Source: Cyanobacteriota bacterium (lineage in GTDB: Bacteria; Cyanobacteriota; Cyanobacteriia; Thermostichales; Thermostichaceae). Taken from it: DNA of 64,000 bases. Positions 44,898 to 55,109 of the stretch are shown in pieces. Both the position numbers and the translations under genes were made by a program. The stretch spans positions 1 to 64,000 of the forward strand of contig JANRIL010000048.1 in the NCBI GenBank assembly GCA_033764955.1, given 5' to 3'. Position 1 is the stretch's first letter; the number at the start of each line of letters is the position of its first letter. The notes under the pieces were generated by a model, which searched no databases, was not told the origin of the DNA, and saw only the letters and a list, made by a program, of their open reading frames with translations.

Positions 44898-46153
44898 CAA
44901 GCATTCGGTCAAATAAACGTGTCCGGTTGAAATTCCTAGCTCACATTGAAATGGGGCAATCTCCACCGTCTTCAGAATACTCAAACCTGCCAGAGGACGG
45001 AGTACCTTTTCTTCAGGGTACAGCTGATTTTGGAGCAACAATTCCAAGTCCAAAGGTTTACTGTAGAACTTCTACTAAACTTGCTCAAGTTGAGGACATC
45101 CTATTCTCGGTACGCGCACCAGTTGGAGAAATCAATCTGGCAGATCAAGACTACGGAATCGGAAGAGGACTTTGTGCTATAAGACCTAGCAATAAATGGA
45201 ATAATCGCTTTGGTTGGTGGGCATTATATGAAGCGCGTTATCAACTAAGCTTTGTATCAACAGGAAGCACTTATGAGGCAGTTTCTACCGAAGATGTTTC
45301 GAATTTATTAGTAACGATCACTTCTGATAAAAGACAACGTGCAATTGCTGACTATTTAGATCGAGAGACAGCACGGATCGATGCGTTAATTGCTGCCAAA
45401 GAGCGACTGTTAGAACTACTTGCCGAAAAGCGGCGGGCACTGATCACCCAAGCCGTTACCCGTGGTCTGGATCCCAGTGTTCCTCTGCGAGACTCAGGGA
45501 TCCCGTGGTTGGGGGGGATCCCTGATCATTGGAAGATAGTCGCCCTCAGATTCTTAGTTGATTTTACAAGTGGTGCTACACCAAACACTGAGACAAGAGA
45601 ATATTGGGACGGAGAGATTCCTTGGGTTTCTCCAAAGGACATGAAACAAGATGAGATTAGTGATGCACAGGATCATGTTAGCGAACTCGCACTTTCCGAA
45701 AGCCCTCTTCACCTAATTAAGCCAGAAGCTGTGCTGATTGTAGTAAGGGGTATGATCCTAGCTCATAGTTTTCCTACAGCGGTGACAACTGCACCGATCA
45801 CAATCAATCAGGATATGAAAGCATTACGTTGTCGTAGCTCTTTGAATCCGTATTACCTTCGCGATTTTTTTCGAGGAAATGAGCAATATATCATCTCACT
45901 TATGGATATGGCGACTCACGGAACTCGAAGGCTTGACACTGAGGTAATTGGGCAGTTGACAGTTACTTTACCTTCACTTGGTGAGCAACAAATTATCATA
46001 GATTACATTCGCGATAGCACCTCACTCCTTGATCGAACTATTGTCGAAACAGAAAATACAATCACACTACTCAAAGAACGCCGTGCCGCCCTTATTGCCG
46101 CAGCAGTGACAGGTCAGATTGAGGTTGGTAGGGATCCGTTATACTATTCTTAG
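44894..46153 (+). CDS. hsdS: Type I R-M specificity subunit
   Basis: Two TRDs separated by Q.AIADYLDRETARID.LI....L.EKR.ALI..AVT.G and DSGIPWLG.IP.HW; ends LKERRAALI.AAVTGQI; GTGA overlap with hsdM. Confidence 0.92.
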   Translation: MTSIRSNKRVRLKFLAHIEMGQSPPSSEYSNLPEDGVPFLQGTADFGATIPSPKVYCRTSTKLAQVEDILFSVRAPVGEINLADQDYGIGRGLCAIRPSNKWNNRFGWWALYEARYQLSFVSTGSTYEAVSTEDVSNLLVTITSDKRQRAIADYLDRETARIDALIAAKERLLELLAEKRRALITQAVTRGLDPSVPLRDSGIPWLGGIPDHWKIVALRFLVDFTSGATPNTETREYWDGEIPWVSPKDMKQDEISDAQDHVSELALSESPLHLIKPEAVLIVVRGMILAHSFPTAVTTAPITINQDMKALRCRSSLNPYYLRDFFRGNEQYIISLMDMATHGTRRLDTEVIGQLTVTLPSLGEQQIIIDYIRDSTSLLDRTIVETENTITLLKERRAALIAAAVTGQIEVGRDPLYYS

Positions 46154-46264
46154 CAGTCTTACTCTTTGGGTGAGGCAAGGTTATTTATTCACAACAAACC
46201 GTCAGAATTCGGATTTAGATAGACGAGGGTTAGATATCTTAGTTCTCTGGAGAACCTTAAATCC

Positions 46265-46474
46265 ATGAACAACCGCGAACAATTAATTCAAGAACTCGAA
46301 CAAGCTCCCGATGATCTAGTGGAGATACTACTAGATTATTTGCATCGGATTAAGGCGACACGCAAACACCATCCCCTGGCAAAATTTGCGGGCATCTTAA
46401 GTGATTCAGAAGCAGAAGAACTTCAGCAAATAATTACACAAGAATTTCGGCAGGTAGATTTGAATGAGTGGTGA
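46265..46474 (+). CDS. Antitoxin (VapB-like, DUF2281-type) paired with the PIN toxin
   Basis: 69 aa, overlaps the downstream PIN gene; PLAKFAGILSD motif. Confidence 0.7.
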   Translation: MNNREQLIQELEQAPDDLVEILLDYLHRIKATRKHHPLAKFAGILSDSEAEELQQIITQEFRQVDLNEW

Positions 46475-46853
46475 AATTGCAATTGACACTTCTACTGCGA
46501 TTCGCTTTTTGAATGGACACCCAATAATTACACAAAAGATACTAGCTTTACCAGAATTAAATCTGCCAATAGTTGTCATCGGAGAATTGCTATTTGGGGC
46601 ACAAAACTCAACACGTCCGTTTCATAATCTACCTCGCTATCTAGAATTTATATCCGCTTGTAAAGTGATGCCATTAGGCAGAGAAACAGCAACACTATAT
46701 GCCCAAACACGGTTAGCATTGAAGCGCAAGGGGCGACCAATTCCAATGAATGATGTGTGGATTACTGCTCAGTGTCTTGAACATAGCTGGATCCTAGTGA
46801 CTGATGATACTGATTTTGAGCATATAGAGGGTTTAATACTGGAGCATTGGTAG
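46464..46853 (+). CDS. vapC: VapC PIN-domain toxin
   Basis: IDTS, VIGELLFGA, GRPIPMNDVWI and LVTDDTDF motifs. Confidence 0.9.
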   Translation: MSGEIAIDTSTAIRFLNGHPIITQKILALPELNLPIVVIGELLFGAQNSTRPFHNLPRYLEFISACKVMPLGRETATLYAQTRLALKRKGRPIPMNDVWITAQCLEHSWILVTDDTDFEHIEGLILEHW

Positions 46854-46905
46854 CAAAGCTAGGGATAAGGCTATATCAACCAACTAACACAATGTAGGTT
46901 AAGTG

Positions 46906-47196
46906 ATGCGAAAACAGGAAGCTCTTACATTATTAATAAAGCACCAAAATACCATGAAGGATTTTGGTGTCAAGTCTCTGATACTCTTTGGTTCAGTGGC
47001 AAGAGATGAAGCACGAACAGACAGCGATATCGATCTGCTAGTAGAGTTTGATCGTCCGGTTGGGTTGTTTACCTTTGTACGGTTAAAACGATATCTAGAA
47101 GAGATTTTAGAGAGTTCCGTTGATCTGGGTACACCTGACTCTCTCAAACCTTATCTACAAGAACCCGTTTTCCGGGAGGCGATTCGTGCCTTCTAG
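46906..47196 (+). CDS. MNT (minimal nucleotidyltransferase) antitoxin
   Basis: LFGSVARDEARTDSDIDLLVEF and VDL motifs. Confidence 0.9.
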   Translation: MRKQEALTLLIKHQNTMKDFGVKSLILFGSVARDEARTDSDIDLLVEFDRPVGLFTFVRLKRYLEEILESSVDLGTPDSLKPYLQEPVFREAIRAF

Positions 47197-47524
47197 AGAT
47201 TGGCAAAATAGAATAAGAGATGTGCTAGCTGCCATTGCTGAGATCCGAGAATTCACTAACGATACTACATTCGATCAGTTTCAAAATGATCGCAAGACAA
47301 TCAAGGCAGTTTTGTATAACCTTGCCATTATTGGTGAAGCCGTTCGTGGTATTCCCCCTGACTTAGAGGCTTCACATCCTGAAATTCCCTGGGATGATGT
47401 GCGTGGAATGAGAAATATTGTGATCCACGAGTATTTTCAAGTCAATATGTCTATCATCTGGCAAACAATTCAAGAAGATCTTGTTTCACTAGAAGATTCT
47501 CTTAACCTGTTGATTAACCCTTGA
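47186..47524 (+). CDS. HEPN (DUF86/HepT) RNase toxin
   Basis: IIGEA, PEIPW and RNIVIHEY (Rx4H) motifs; GTG at 47186 overlapping the MNT stop. Confidence 0.9.
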   Translation: MPSRDWQNRIRDVLAAIAEIREFTNDTTFDQFQNDRKTIKAVLYNLAIIGEAVRGIPPDLEASHPEIPWDDVRGMRNIVIHEYFQVNMSIIWQTIQEDLVSLEDSLNLLINP

Positions 47525-47702
47525 ACAGGGTATATGTTTTTATTCGAGCCTCAGATCCGAAGCCACCTAGCGACTCTCTCTAACTAGGAAGACGCGATTA
47601 TATTTTAGATGCTGTGGGCTCTATACAAAGGAAAAACCCTTAGCAAATTCAGGCCATCGAAGCTGAGTTGGAGGAGCAGCAGGTGTTGATGCCGCTTAAC
47701 CC

Positions 47703-48020
47703 CTAGCGATAATGTCTCTGGCCAGAAGCGGTTCCCCGACCCAAAGCTCTAGCTGTACCTGTGGCCACACCGGATCCCAGTGCCACTCCCTGACCCGACA
47801 CGGTGCCAGTTCCCCGCTTAGTTTGGATGTTTCCCTCGGCATCGCGGTAGACCACCACCCCTTGGCCTGTCACCGTCCCCGAACCCCGTACTACACCCCA
47901 CCCATGAGCGGAACCCAATCCGGCCACATAGCCTCGACCATTAACCGATTCGGCTTGCACTCCAGTGTCTAAACTGAATAGAGTGCCTAAGCAGACAATC
48001 GCGGATAAATAACCTTTCAT
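47703..48020 (-). CDS. Small secreted glycine-rich protein
   Basis: ATG 48020 after AGGAGA; signal peptide MKGYLSAIVCLGTLFSLDTGVQA; GxGxxx repeats. Confidence 0.7.
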   Translation of the reverse strand: MKGYLSAIVCLGTLFSLDTGVQAESVNGRGYVAGLGSAHGWGVVRGSGTVTGQGVVVYRDAEGNIQTKRGTGTVSGQGVALGSGVATGTARALGRGTASGQRHYR

Positions 48021-48126
48021 GTTTGTCTCTCCTATTTGGGGATGAGCACTCTCAAGGATGCCTACTACCCATAAGACTCTTTTCCTGCCTAAGACGTTCA
48101 AAATCTGAAGGTTAGATGGTAGGGCT

Positions 48127-48160
48127 AAAAAATGAGGAGGAGACTTGACATCCCCTCCCC
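48127..48160 (-). terminator. Probable terminator after rbcS
   Basis: Minus strand GGGGAGGGGA-loop-TCTCCTCCTC followed by ATTTTTT. Confidence 0.55.
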
Positions 48161-48235
48161 CATAAGAAAAATACTCCTAACAGGACAATCCGTTGCTTAT
48201 GCAAAGACCCTGAACGACCTTGTGATCAACGGAGC

Positions 48236-48568
48236 TTAGCGAATGCCACTGGGCTTGTGAACAATAAAGCTCAAGACTTGGCACTGTTGAACGTTATCAA
48301 AACCCACCACGCGAATATAGCAGTGGGGATAAGCACTGCGGCATTGTTGCACTTCGCTCAACACTTCCTGGGTAGAACGTGCGCCAAACAAAGGCAATTT
48401 CCACATCGTCCAGTAGTAGGTGGTTGGTTCAGAGGTCTCGTTAAACTCAATCGCAGGAAAGTATCCTTTGTCCAAGATATATTGCACTTGCTTGGTGATC
48501 TGTACATCCGTCAAAGGAGGCAGATAGGACAGAGTTTCGTAACGCCGCTCTTTCGGTAAAGTCTGCAT
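48236..48568 (-). CDS. rbcS: RuBisCO small subunit
   Basis: [19 protein letters not shown] and [10 protein letters not shown] motifs. Confidence 0.98.
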   Translation of the reverse strand: MQTLPKERRYETLSYLPPLTDVQITKQVQYILDKGYFPAIEFNETSEPTTYYWTMWKLPLFGARSTQEVLSEVQQCRSAYPHCYIRVVGFDNVQQCQVLSFIVHKPSGIR

Positions 48569-48622
48569 GGGATCCTCGAAATAAAGTAGTAGACAATTCA
48601 GTCGTAGAGAACAAGTCAGGGT

Positions 48623-49021
48623 TTAGGGATCCCCTTCTCCCTCCGGAGGGTAATCGGCAGCAGAAGGGGAGGTAAATTCAAGCTGGGTAACCCGCTCTAG
48701 GTGCTGGCGACGGTGTTGCATATTAAACTCTTGAATGCCCGTTCGAGCCATTTCTGGCAGAAAATCAGCAATCTCACTCGCAATATGTTCACGTACCGTC
48801 ATGATCCGAAAGGCTAAGGCAGGTCGCTCTCGCAAAAGCTCCTCTAGATAAATCTCACTCTCTTGAATGTGGCTATTTTCTCCGAAGGAAAACCGGCGTA
48901 ACCACATCGCTTGCGGGGGATCCGTTTCGCTTAACTGCTCTAGGACAGTTCGCATGGCTTGATAAGTAAAATAACTGATCAAGGTTTTGGCACTGTCTTT
49001 GGCAATTTGCTTGAGATTCAT
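48623..49021 (-). CDS. rbcX: RuBisCO assembly chaperone
   Basis: MNLKQIAKDSAKTLISYFTYQAMRTVLEQLSETDPP; lies between rbcL and rbcS. Confidence 0.95.
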   Translation of the reverse strand: MNLKQIAKDSAKTLISYFTYQAMRTVLEQLSETDPPQAMWLRRFSFGENSHIQESEIYLEELLRERPALAFRIMTVREHIASEIADFLPEMARTGIQEFNMQHRRQHLERVTQLEFTSPSAADYPPEGEGDP

Positions 49022-49103
49022 AGGGGCTTTCCACAACTTGTGGGAGGGGCTTGGATAGAAGAACGACCGTGCCTGTGCCAGTTGAGGAATCAAGCAAGCC
49101 CCA

Positions 49104-50534
49104 TTAGAGGGTATCCACCGCCTTAAATTCAAACTTGATTTCCTTCCAAAGTTCGCAAGCCACCGCCAGCTCAGGACACCAACGAGCGGCTTCCCGAATC
49201 ACATCATTGCCTTCGCGGGCTAGGCTGCGCCCCTCGTTACGGGCTTGAATACAGGCTTCCAGAGCCACGCGGTTGGCGGTTGCCCCAGGGGCGTTACCCC
49301 AGGGATGGCCGAGGGTGCCTCCGCCAAACTGTAGGCAAGAATCATCCCCAAAAATCTCCACCAAGGCAGGCATGTGCCAAATGTGGATCCCGCCGGAAGC
49401 TACAGGCATCACACCTGGCATCGAAGCCCAGTCTTGGGTGAAAAAGACGCCACGGCTGCGATCCGCTTCCACATAGTTTTCCCGCATCAAATCGACAAAA
49501 CCGAGGGTGATCGCGCGGTCACCTTCTAGTTTGCCCACCACCGTACCGGAGTGGAGGTGATCCCCTCCCGACATCCGCAAGCACTTAGCCAAAACGCGGA
49601 AGTGAATACCGTGGTTCTTTTGCCGATCAATCACAGCGTGCATGGCGCGGTGAATGTGTAGCAACAAACCATTGCGACGGCAGTATTTCGCCAAGGTAGT
49701 ATTGGCGGTAAAGCCACCCGTCAGATAGTCATGCATGATGATGGGAGTGCCCAGTTCTTTGGCAAACTCGGCTCGCTCCAGCATCTCTTCGCAGGTGGGA
49801 GCAGTCACATTCAGATAGTGGCCTTTGATTTCTCCGGTTTCCGCTTGCGCCTTTTGAATGGCATCTTGCACAAACAGGAAGCGATCCCGCCAGCGCATGA
49901 AGGGCTGAGAGTTGATATTTTCGTCATCTTTGGTGAAATCCAGACCACCCCGTAGGCACTCATAAACGGCCCGACCGTAGTTTTTGGCGGATAGACCCAG
50001 TTTCGGCTTGATGGTACAGCCCAAGAGGGGACGGCCATATTTGTTGAGTTTGTCCCGCTCCACCTGGATGCCGTGGGGGGGGCCTTGGAAGGTTTTCAGG
50101 TAGGCCACCGGGATCCGCAAATCTTCTAGACGAAGCGCTTTCAGAGCCTTAAAGCCGAAGACGTTACCCACAATCGAGGTGAGCATATTGGTGACGGAGC
50201 CTTCCTCAAACAGATCGAGGGGATAGGCCACAAAGCAGAGATACTGGTTATCCTCCCCTGGAACCGCCTCAATGTCATAGCAGCGACCTTTGTAGCGATC
50301 CAAATCGGTCAACAGATCCGTCCACACCGTTGTCCACGTTCCGGTGGAGGACTCCGCCGCTACCGCCGCTCCCGCTTCTTCGGGGGGCACACCCGGTTGC
50401 GGGGTAACCCGAAAACAAGCCAGCACATCGGTATCTTTGGGAGTGTAGTCAGGGGTGTAGTAGGTTAATTTATAATCCTTAACCCCGGCTTGGTACCCAG
50501 CCTTTGATTGACTTTTGGTTTGAGAATAAGACAC
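49104..50534 (-). CDS. rbcL: RuBisCO large subunit (form IB)
   Basis: [26 protein letters not shown] and HIHRAMH motifs; GTG start. Confidence 0.99.
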   Translation of the reverse strand: MSYSQTKSQSKAGYQAGVKDYKLTYYTPDYTPKDTDVLACFRVTPQPGVPPEEAGAAVAAESSTGTWTTVWTDLLTDLDRYKGRCYDIEAVPGEDNQYLCFVAYPLDLFEEGSVTNMLTSIVGNVFGFKALKALRLEDLRIPVAYLKTFQGPPHGIQVERDKLNKYGRPLLGCTIKPKLGLSAKNYGRAVYECLRGGLDFTKDDENINSQPFMRWRDRFLFVQDAIQKAQAETGEIKGHYLNVTAPTCEEMLERAEFAKELGTPIIMHDYLTGGFTANTTLAKYCRRNGLLLHIHRAMHAVIDRQKNHGIHFRVLAKCLRMSGGDHLHSGTVVGKLEGDRAITLGFVDLMRENYVEADRSRGVFFTQDWASMPGVMPVASGGIHIWHMPALVEIFGDDSCLQFGGGTLGHPWGNAPGATANRVALEACIQARNEGRSLAREGNDVIREAARWCPELAVACELWKEIKFEFKAVDTL

Positions 50535-50989
50535 TTTCTGATCTACCTCTGATTGAATGTGAACACGGATGACAAGATGCCCCTAAACAAACCGACTGGC
50601 AATTATACTTACCAGCACAGATGATTTTTAGCTCCTGCAATGTCTCTTGAATTCTCGATGAGGATAAAACCTAAGTGAACGCAAAACTGCCGCCCCTCAA
50701 GGATTTTACCCATCCAGTGAATTTCGATTTTCTTGGGTTAGATCACCCCACATTTAGGGATCCCCAACTCAAGGAGCACAAACAACTTCTTTGATAAGCC
50801 AAGCGGTTTCAGTAAGAACTTGCTGGTTAATCATAAGTTATCACTGTTAATGGTTTGTTGATTATTACTTTGTTTATGAGATCGATTAGTTTAATTAAAT
50901 TGATCCTGATGATTGGCAGTAATCTCCTTAAGATTCTATAGAAAAGTTTATACTCGGCAGCCTGGGATCCCACTGCAGACTGGGATCCC

Positions 50990-51901
50990 TCAACTGGCAC
51001 TCAACTCCGCCACCAGTTGCTCCAGTTCCGCCTCCGACACCCGATAGACCTCGTTGCAAAAATGGCAGGTGGCCTCCGCCCCTTTGTCGGTTTGGATCAT
51101 GTCCATCAACTCATCTCTGCCCAACATGCGTAACGCGCCCATGACGCGGTTGCTGCTGCACCGACAGTGAAAGCGGATGGGCTTGACCTGCGGCCAAATT
51201 CGTAGATCGAGATCCCCCAGCAATCCCTCCAGAATTTCCGGTAGGGTTTTCCCCGCCGCGAGCAGAGGGCTCAAGGCTTCCACTCCCGCCAGCCGCCCTT
51301 CCATCTCAGGAATGAGGGACGGAGGCGCTCCCGGCATCACCTGTAACAATAACCCCCCGGCAGCCTTAACTCCTTCTCGATCCAGCCAAACTCCCAACAA
51401 CACCGCCGAGGGGGTCTGCTCAGAGGTGGCTAAATACTGGGTTAGATCCTCCCCAATCTCCCCAGATACTAACTCCACGGTGCTGGTGTAGGGATAGCCA
51501 TAGCCCAAATCCCGCAGCACATGCAGATAGCCATAGCGACCGACAGCTTGTCCCACATCCAGCTTGCTATCGGGGGTGAGGGGTAGCTCAATGGCAGGGT
51601 TTTGCACGTACCCCCGTACCGTACCATCCATACCGGCATCCACCCATACCTTGCCAAGGGGACCATCTCCTTGCACCTGTAGGCTGATGCGGGCATCCCG
51701 TTGTTTAAGGGTGGCGGCTAACAGCAATCCGGCACTCATGGCTCGTCCCAAGGCGACGGTTGCCACAAAAGAGAGGTGATGCCGCTGGCGAGCTTCGATC
51801 ACCGATTGGGTGGAAATCAGGCCAACCGCACGAATCTTGCCATGGGCGGCAGTGGCCCGAATCAGTTGATCCGGTTGGGGGATAAGGGTGAAGTTGGCCA
51901 T
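50990..51901 (-). CDS. hslO: Hsp33 redox chaperone
   Basis: [26 protein letters not shown] and C-terminal CxC...CxxC motifs. Confidence 0.95.
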   Translation of the reverse strand: MANFTLIPQPDQLIRATAAHGKIRAVGLISTQSVIEARQRHHLSFVATVALGRAMSAGLLLAATLKQRDARISLQVQGDGPLGKVWVDAGMDGTVRGYVQNPAIELPLTPDSKLDVGQAVGRYGYLHVLRDLGYGYPYTSTVELVSGEIGEDLTQYLATSEQTPSAVLLGVWLDREGVKAAGGLLLQVMPGAPPSLIPEMEGRLAGVEALSPLLAAGKTLPEILEGLLGDLDLRIWPQVKPIRFHCRCSSNRVMGALRMLGRDELMDMIQTDKGAEATCHFCNEVYRVSEAELEQLVAELSAS

Positions 51902-52153
51902 GTCTACCTCAACTACCAGCCGATGAACATCCGAGAGCGGCGCTTAACCTTGAACAATTGTAACTGTCCTGTGATGATCTGTTGGGTAGGTTCAGTCAGA
52001 GGACTTTTCTCTCCTGTCTTCCCCACCTTTTCTGGGAAAAGGTTTAAGAAGTATGAAGAACTGAGACGGGCGATAGCCTCCATGCCCGACAATAACTGGC
52101 GGGTATGCTTGCCGTACTCTTTAAGAAAGAATCGACTTCGAGGATGGATATCC

Positions 52154-52639
52154 ATGAGTGTTGTCACGAAATCAATTGTGAATGCGGACGCTGAAGCGCG
52201 TTATTTAAGCCCTGGTGAACTCGATCGGATCAAGTCTTTCGTTTCAACAGGCGAGAAGCGGTTGAGAATTGTACAAGTCTTAACCGAGTCCCGTGAGCGG
52301 ATCGTCAAGCAAGCGGCGGATGCTTTGTTCCAAAAGCGTCCTGATGTGGTTTCTCCTGGGGGTAATGCCTACGGGGAAGAAATGACTGCCACTTGCCTGC
52401 GGGATATGGACTACTACCTGCGTTTGGTGACCTACGGCGTGATCGCTGGCGATGTCACCCCCATCGAAGAAATTGGGTTGGTGGGTGTGCGGGAAATGTA
52501 CAACTCCTTGGGCACCCCGATCCCGGCTGTAGCGGAGAGCGTTCGCCAAATGAAGCAAGTGGCCACCGGACTGCTGTCTGGCGATGATGCCACCGAAGCT
52601 GGCTACTACTTTGACTTTGTGGTGGGAGCCATGAGCTAA
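52154..52639 (+). CDS. apcA: Allophycocyanin alpha subunit
   Basis: [27 protein letters not shown] and PGGNAYG...TCLRD motifs; AGGA RBS. Confidence 0.98.
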   Translation: MSVVTKSIVNADAEARYLSPGELDRIKSFVSTGEKRLRIVQVLTESRERIVKQAADALFQKRPDVVSPGGNAYGEEMTATCLRDMDYYLRLVTYGVIAGDVTPIEEIGLVGVREMYNSLGTPIPAVAESVRQMKQVATGLLSGDDATEAGYYFDFVVGAMS

Positions 52640-52739
52640 GACTTCACCCATTTGGTGAAGCGGTGCGGATCCCAACCGGAGATCTATTGACCGGAGATCT
52701 ATCTGACTTGATTAACCACAGAGATTTAGGACATTTGAC

Positions 52740-53225
52740 ATGCAAGACGCAATTACTTCTGTCATTAACAGTTATGACGTGCAAGGGAAGTATCTAGATA
52801 CTTCCGCTATCGACAAACTGAAAGCCTTTTTTACCACGGGTGAACTGCGGGTGCGGGCGGCGGCCTCCATTGCGGCCAATGCTTCCACCATCGTTAAAGA
52901 TGCAGCAGCTAAGGCTTTGTTGTATTCCGACCTAACCCGTCCCGGTGGCAACATGTATACCACCCGTCGCTATGCCGCTTGTATTCGTGACATGGACTAC
53001 TATTTGCGCTACGCCACCTATGCCATGTTGGCGGGCGATGCCTCCATCCTGGATGAGCGGGTATTGAACGGTCTGAAGGAAACCTACAACTCCTTGGGCG
53101 TGCCCGTGGGAGCCACCATCCAAGCCATTCAAGCCATGAAAGAAGTGACCGCCGCTTTGGTGGGTGCTGACGCTGGCAAAGAAATGGGCGTTTACTTCGA
53201 CTACATTTGCTCTGGATTGAGCTAG
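52740..53225 (+). CDS. apcB: Allophycocyanin beta subunit
   Basis: [19 protein letters not shown] and [17 protein letters not shown] motifs. Confidence 0.98.
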   Translation: MQDAITSVINSYDVQGKYLDTSAIDKLKAFFTTGELRVRAAASIAANASTIVKDAAAKALLYSDLTRPGGNMYTTRRYAACIRDMDYYLRYATYAMLAGDASILDERVLNGLKETYNSLGVPVGATIQAIQAMKEVTAALVGADAGKEMGVYFDYICSGLS

Positions 53226-53487
53226 TTGTGTGACAGCGCAATGGGTTGGATTCACGCGAGTCTGACCTAACCAAGCGGGCAGTTTGCTACAGGGATCTGG
53301 TGTGCTCTGGTACGCGAGCTTTCTGGGGTGTACTGCCCGTTTTGGTACAGAAACTTTGCTACAGCAAGAAAGACGGAATTTTCCTGATGAGGACGGCTTG
53401 CTTTGTTGGCTTCTGATGCTCTCACCGGATCCGAACAAGCTAGCCCAACTACCTACCCCTTTAATTCCTTTACCCTGGAAGCCAGCT

Positions 53488-53691
53488 ATGCGGATGTTCA
53501 AAATTACGGCCTGTGTGCCCAGCCAAACTCGGATTCGGACACAACGGGAACTGCAAAATACCTTTTTTACTAAGCTTGTCCCCTACGAAAACTGGTTCAA
53601 AGAGCAGCAACGGATTCAAAAATCTGGCGGCAGAATTGTCAAAGTTGAACTAGCCACAGGTCGTCCTGGTATGGATGTAGGTCTGTTATAG
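53488..53691 (+). CDS. apcC: Phycobilisome core small linker LC7.8
   Basis: MRMFKITACVPSQTRIRTQRELQNTFFTKLVPYENWF. Confidence 0.97.
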   Translation: MRMFKITACVPSQTRIRTQRELQNTFFTKLVPYENWFKEQQRIQKSGGRIVKVELATGRPGMDVGLL

Positions 53692-53867
53692 AACTTTGCT
53701 CTGAACTCCTGCTTACTCCGACAAACTCCTACCCGTTAATTTCAGAATCTGGTTAATCCTCTGGTTCCTTCTGAAGGACGAGATCGGTTCGAGTTATGGA
53801 AAGATAGGTGAGGCCAAGGGATCCCTACGCTATGTTGGGATCCTTGATTTTTGATCGGGGGGATAGG

Positions 53868-55085
53868 TCAGGAGAGATCGCTGGTGTGGGTGCTGCCGTC
53901 CGCCTGAACCCAAACAATTTCAGGGATCCCCCGCTGGCGGGCATAGGCTTCTAGAGCCTCTGGGGAGCGGTTGAGCAGTTCCAGTTCGATGATGGCGGAG
54001 GGTTGATGTTGTCGCCACATTTGCGCCAGATGAAGGGCGGGGGGAAAAGCGTCGGGGGTCAGGGCGACTAACAGGCGTTGACTGCTGGGCAGGGTTTGGG
54101 GAAGGGTAGCGCTTGGGATCAGTTGGCGTTGCAGTTTTTCTAGGAGCAAGGTAAAACCAATCCCTGGCTGATCGACTTGACTGGGGCTGTAGAGGGCAAA
54201 AAGCTGGTCATAGCGTCCTCCCATGCCAATAATCTCCTGCTGGCTACTCACCTGAAAAACAATGCCTGTGTAGTAGGCAAAACTTTGCAACAGGCTGAGA
54301 TCCAAGACTAGTTTGACCCCTTGTTGTTCCAAAACCTGACAAACCCGTTGTAGGTCTTGTACCCGCTCCTGTTGGGGTAGGGGCAGGGACAGTTGCCCTA
54401 GCTTGTGGAGTACGGCACTGGGCTGCCCCCGTAGATTCAAAATTTGTAACCCAATTTGCCGATCCCGTTCGGGGAGTGGGGCGGTTTCCAGATAAACATA
54501 GTCCAGTTGAGCAATCGCCTGCCGAATTGGGAGGTGAGCTGTCGGCGACAGTAGATTGAGCAACCGCTGGGTAACCCCGATATCTCCTAAAATCAGCGTC
54601 CAGTTGGGCAAGGGCAATGCCTGCAACGCTTCCGATAAAACCAGCAACACTTCCGCATCCGCCTGCCATCCCGCCGCCCCAATCAGTTCCACCCCCGACT
54701 GAAAAAATTCCTGTTCTTGAGGGGCATTACGAAAGACGCTGCCGTGGTAGAACAATCGCTGGGGTAAAGGGGATTGAGCCATGCGGGTGGCGGTAGCCCG
54801 CACAATCGAGGCGGTAAATTCAGGACGCAAGCCCAACGGGGATCCCTCCGCATCCCGCAGTTGCAGCAAGGCTTCGGACTGGATCAATCCACCCGCCGTC
54901 AGGGTGGACAAGCGTTCTAGGGTGGGCGTAATGATCTGCTGATAGCCCCACCGCCGAAAAATCTCGCTCAAACACTGCTCAACCCACTGGCGCTGCACCA
55001 CTTCTAGGGGCAACAAATCCCGTGATCCGGTGGGGGGACGGTGGCTGAGTGGGCGGGGGGATCCCTCGTTCATGGCGATTGGCAC
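53868..55085 (-). CDS. hisZ: ATP phosphoribosyltransferase regulatory subunit
   Basis: P.GSRDLLP, LRPEFTASI.R, EFFQSGVEL, YYTGIVF and GGRYD motifs. Confidence 0.9.
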   Translation of the reverse strand: MPIAMNEGSPRPLSHRPPTGSRDLLPLEVVQRQWVEQCLSEIFRRWGYQQIITPTLERLSTLTAGGLIQSEALLQLRDAEGSPLGLRPEFTASIVRATATRMAQSPLPQRLFYHGSVFRNAPQEQEFFQSGVELIGAAGWQADAEVLLVLSEALQALPLPNWTLILGDIGVTQRLLNLLSPTAHLPIRQAIAQLDYVYLETAPLPERDRQIGLQILNLRGQPSAVLHKLGQLSLPLPQQERVQDLQRVCQVLEQQGVKLVLDLSLLQSFAYYTGIVFQVSSQQEIIGMGGRYDQLFALYSPSQVDQPGIGFTLLLEKLQRQLIPSATLPQTLPSSQRLLVALTPDAFPPALHLAQMWRQHQPSAIIELELLNRSPEALEAYARQRGIPEIVWVQADGSTHTSDLS

Positions 55086-55109
55086 AACTCCTCCGTCAGG
55101 ATACCGCGT

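Noticed and set aside
46229..46904. VapBC as another attC cassette (GTTAGAT at 46229; AACTAAC..GTTAAGT at 46882-46904)
   Set aside because: The cores are only 23 bp apart end to end, with no L-box arms and imperfect complementarity.
51776..52153. 126-aa N-terminal extension of ApcA in the ORF track
   Set aside because: It overlaps hslO and the promoter region; the canonical MSVVTKS start with an RBS is at 52154.
53284..53487. Extended ApcC (similarly the extensions of ccmK1 14208, chlN 4053, rbcX 49132 and pipX 25954)
   Set aside because: Longest-ORF artefacts; family-typical starts lie downstream.
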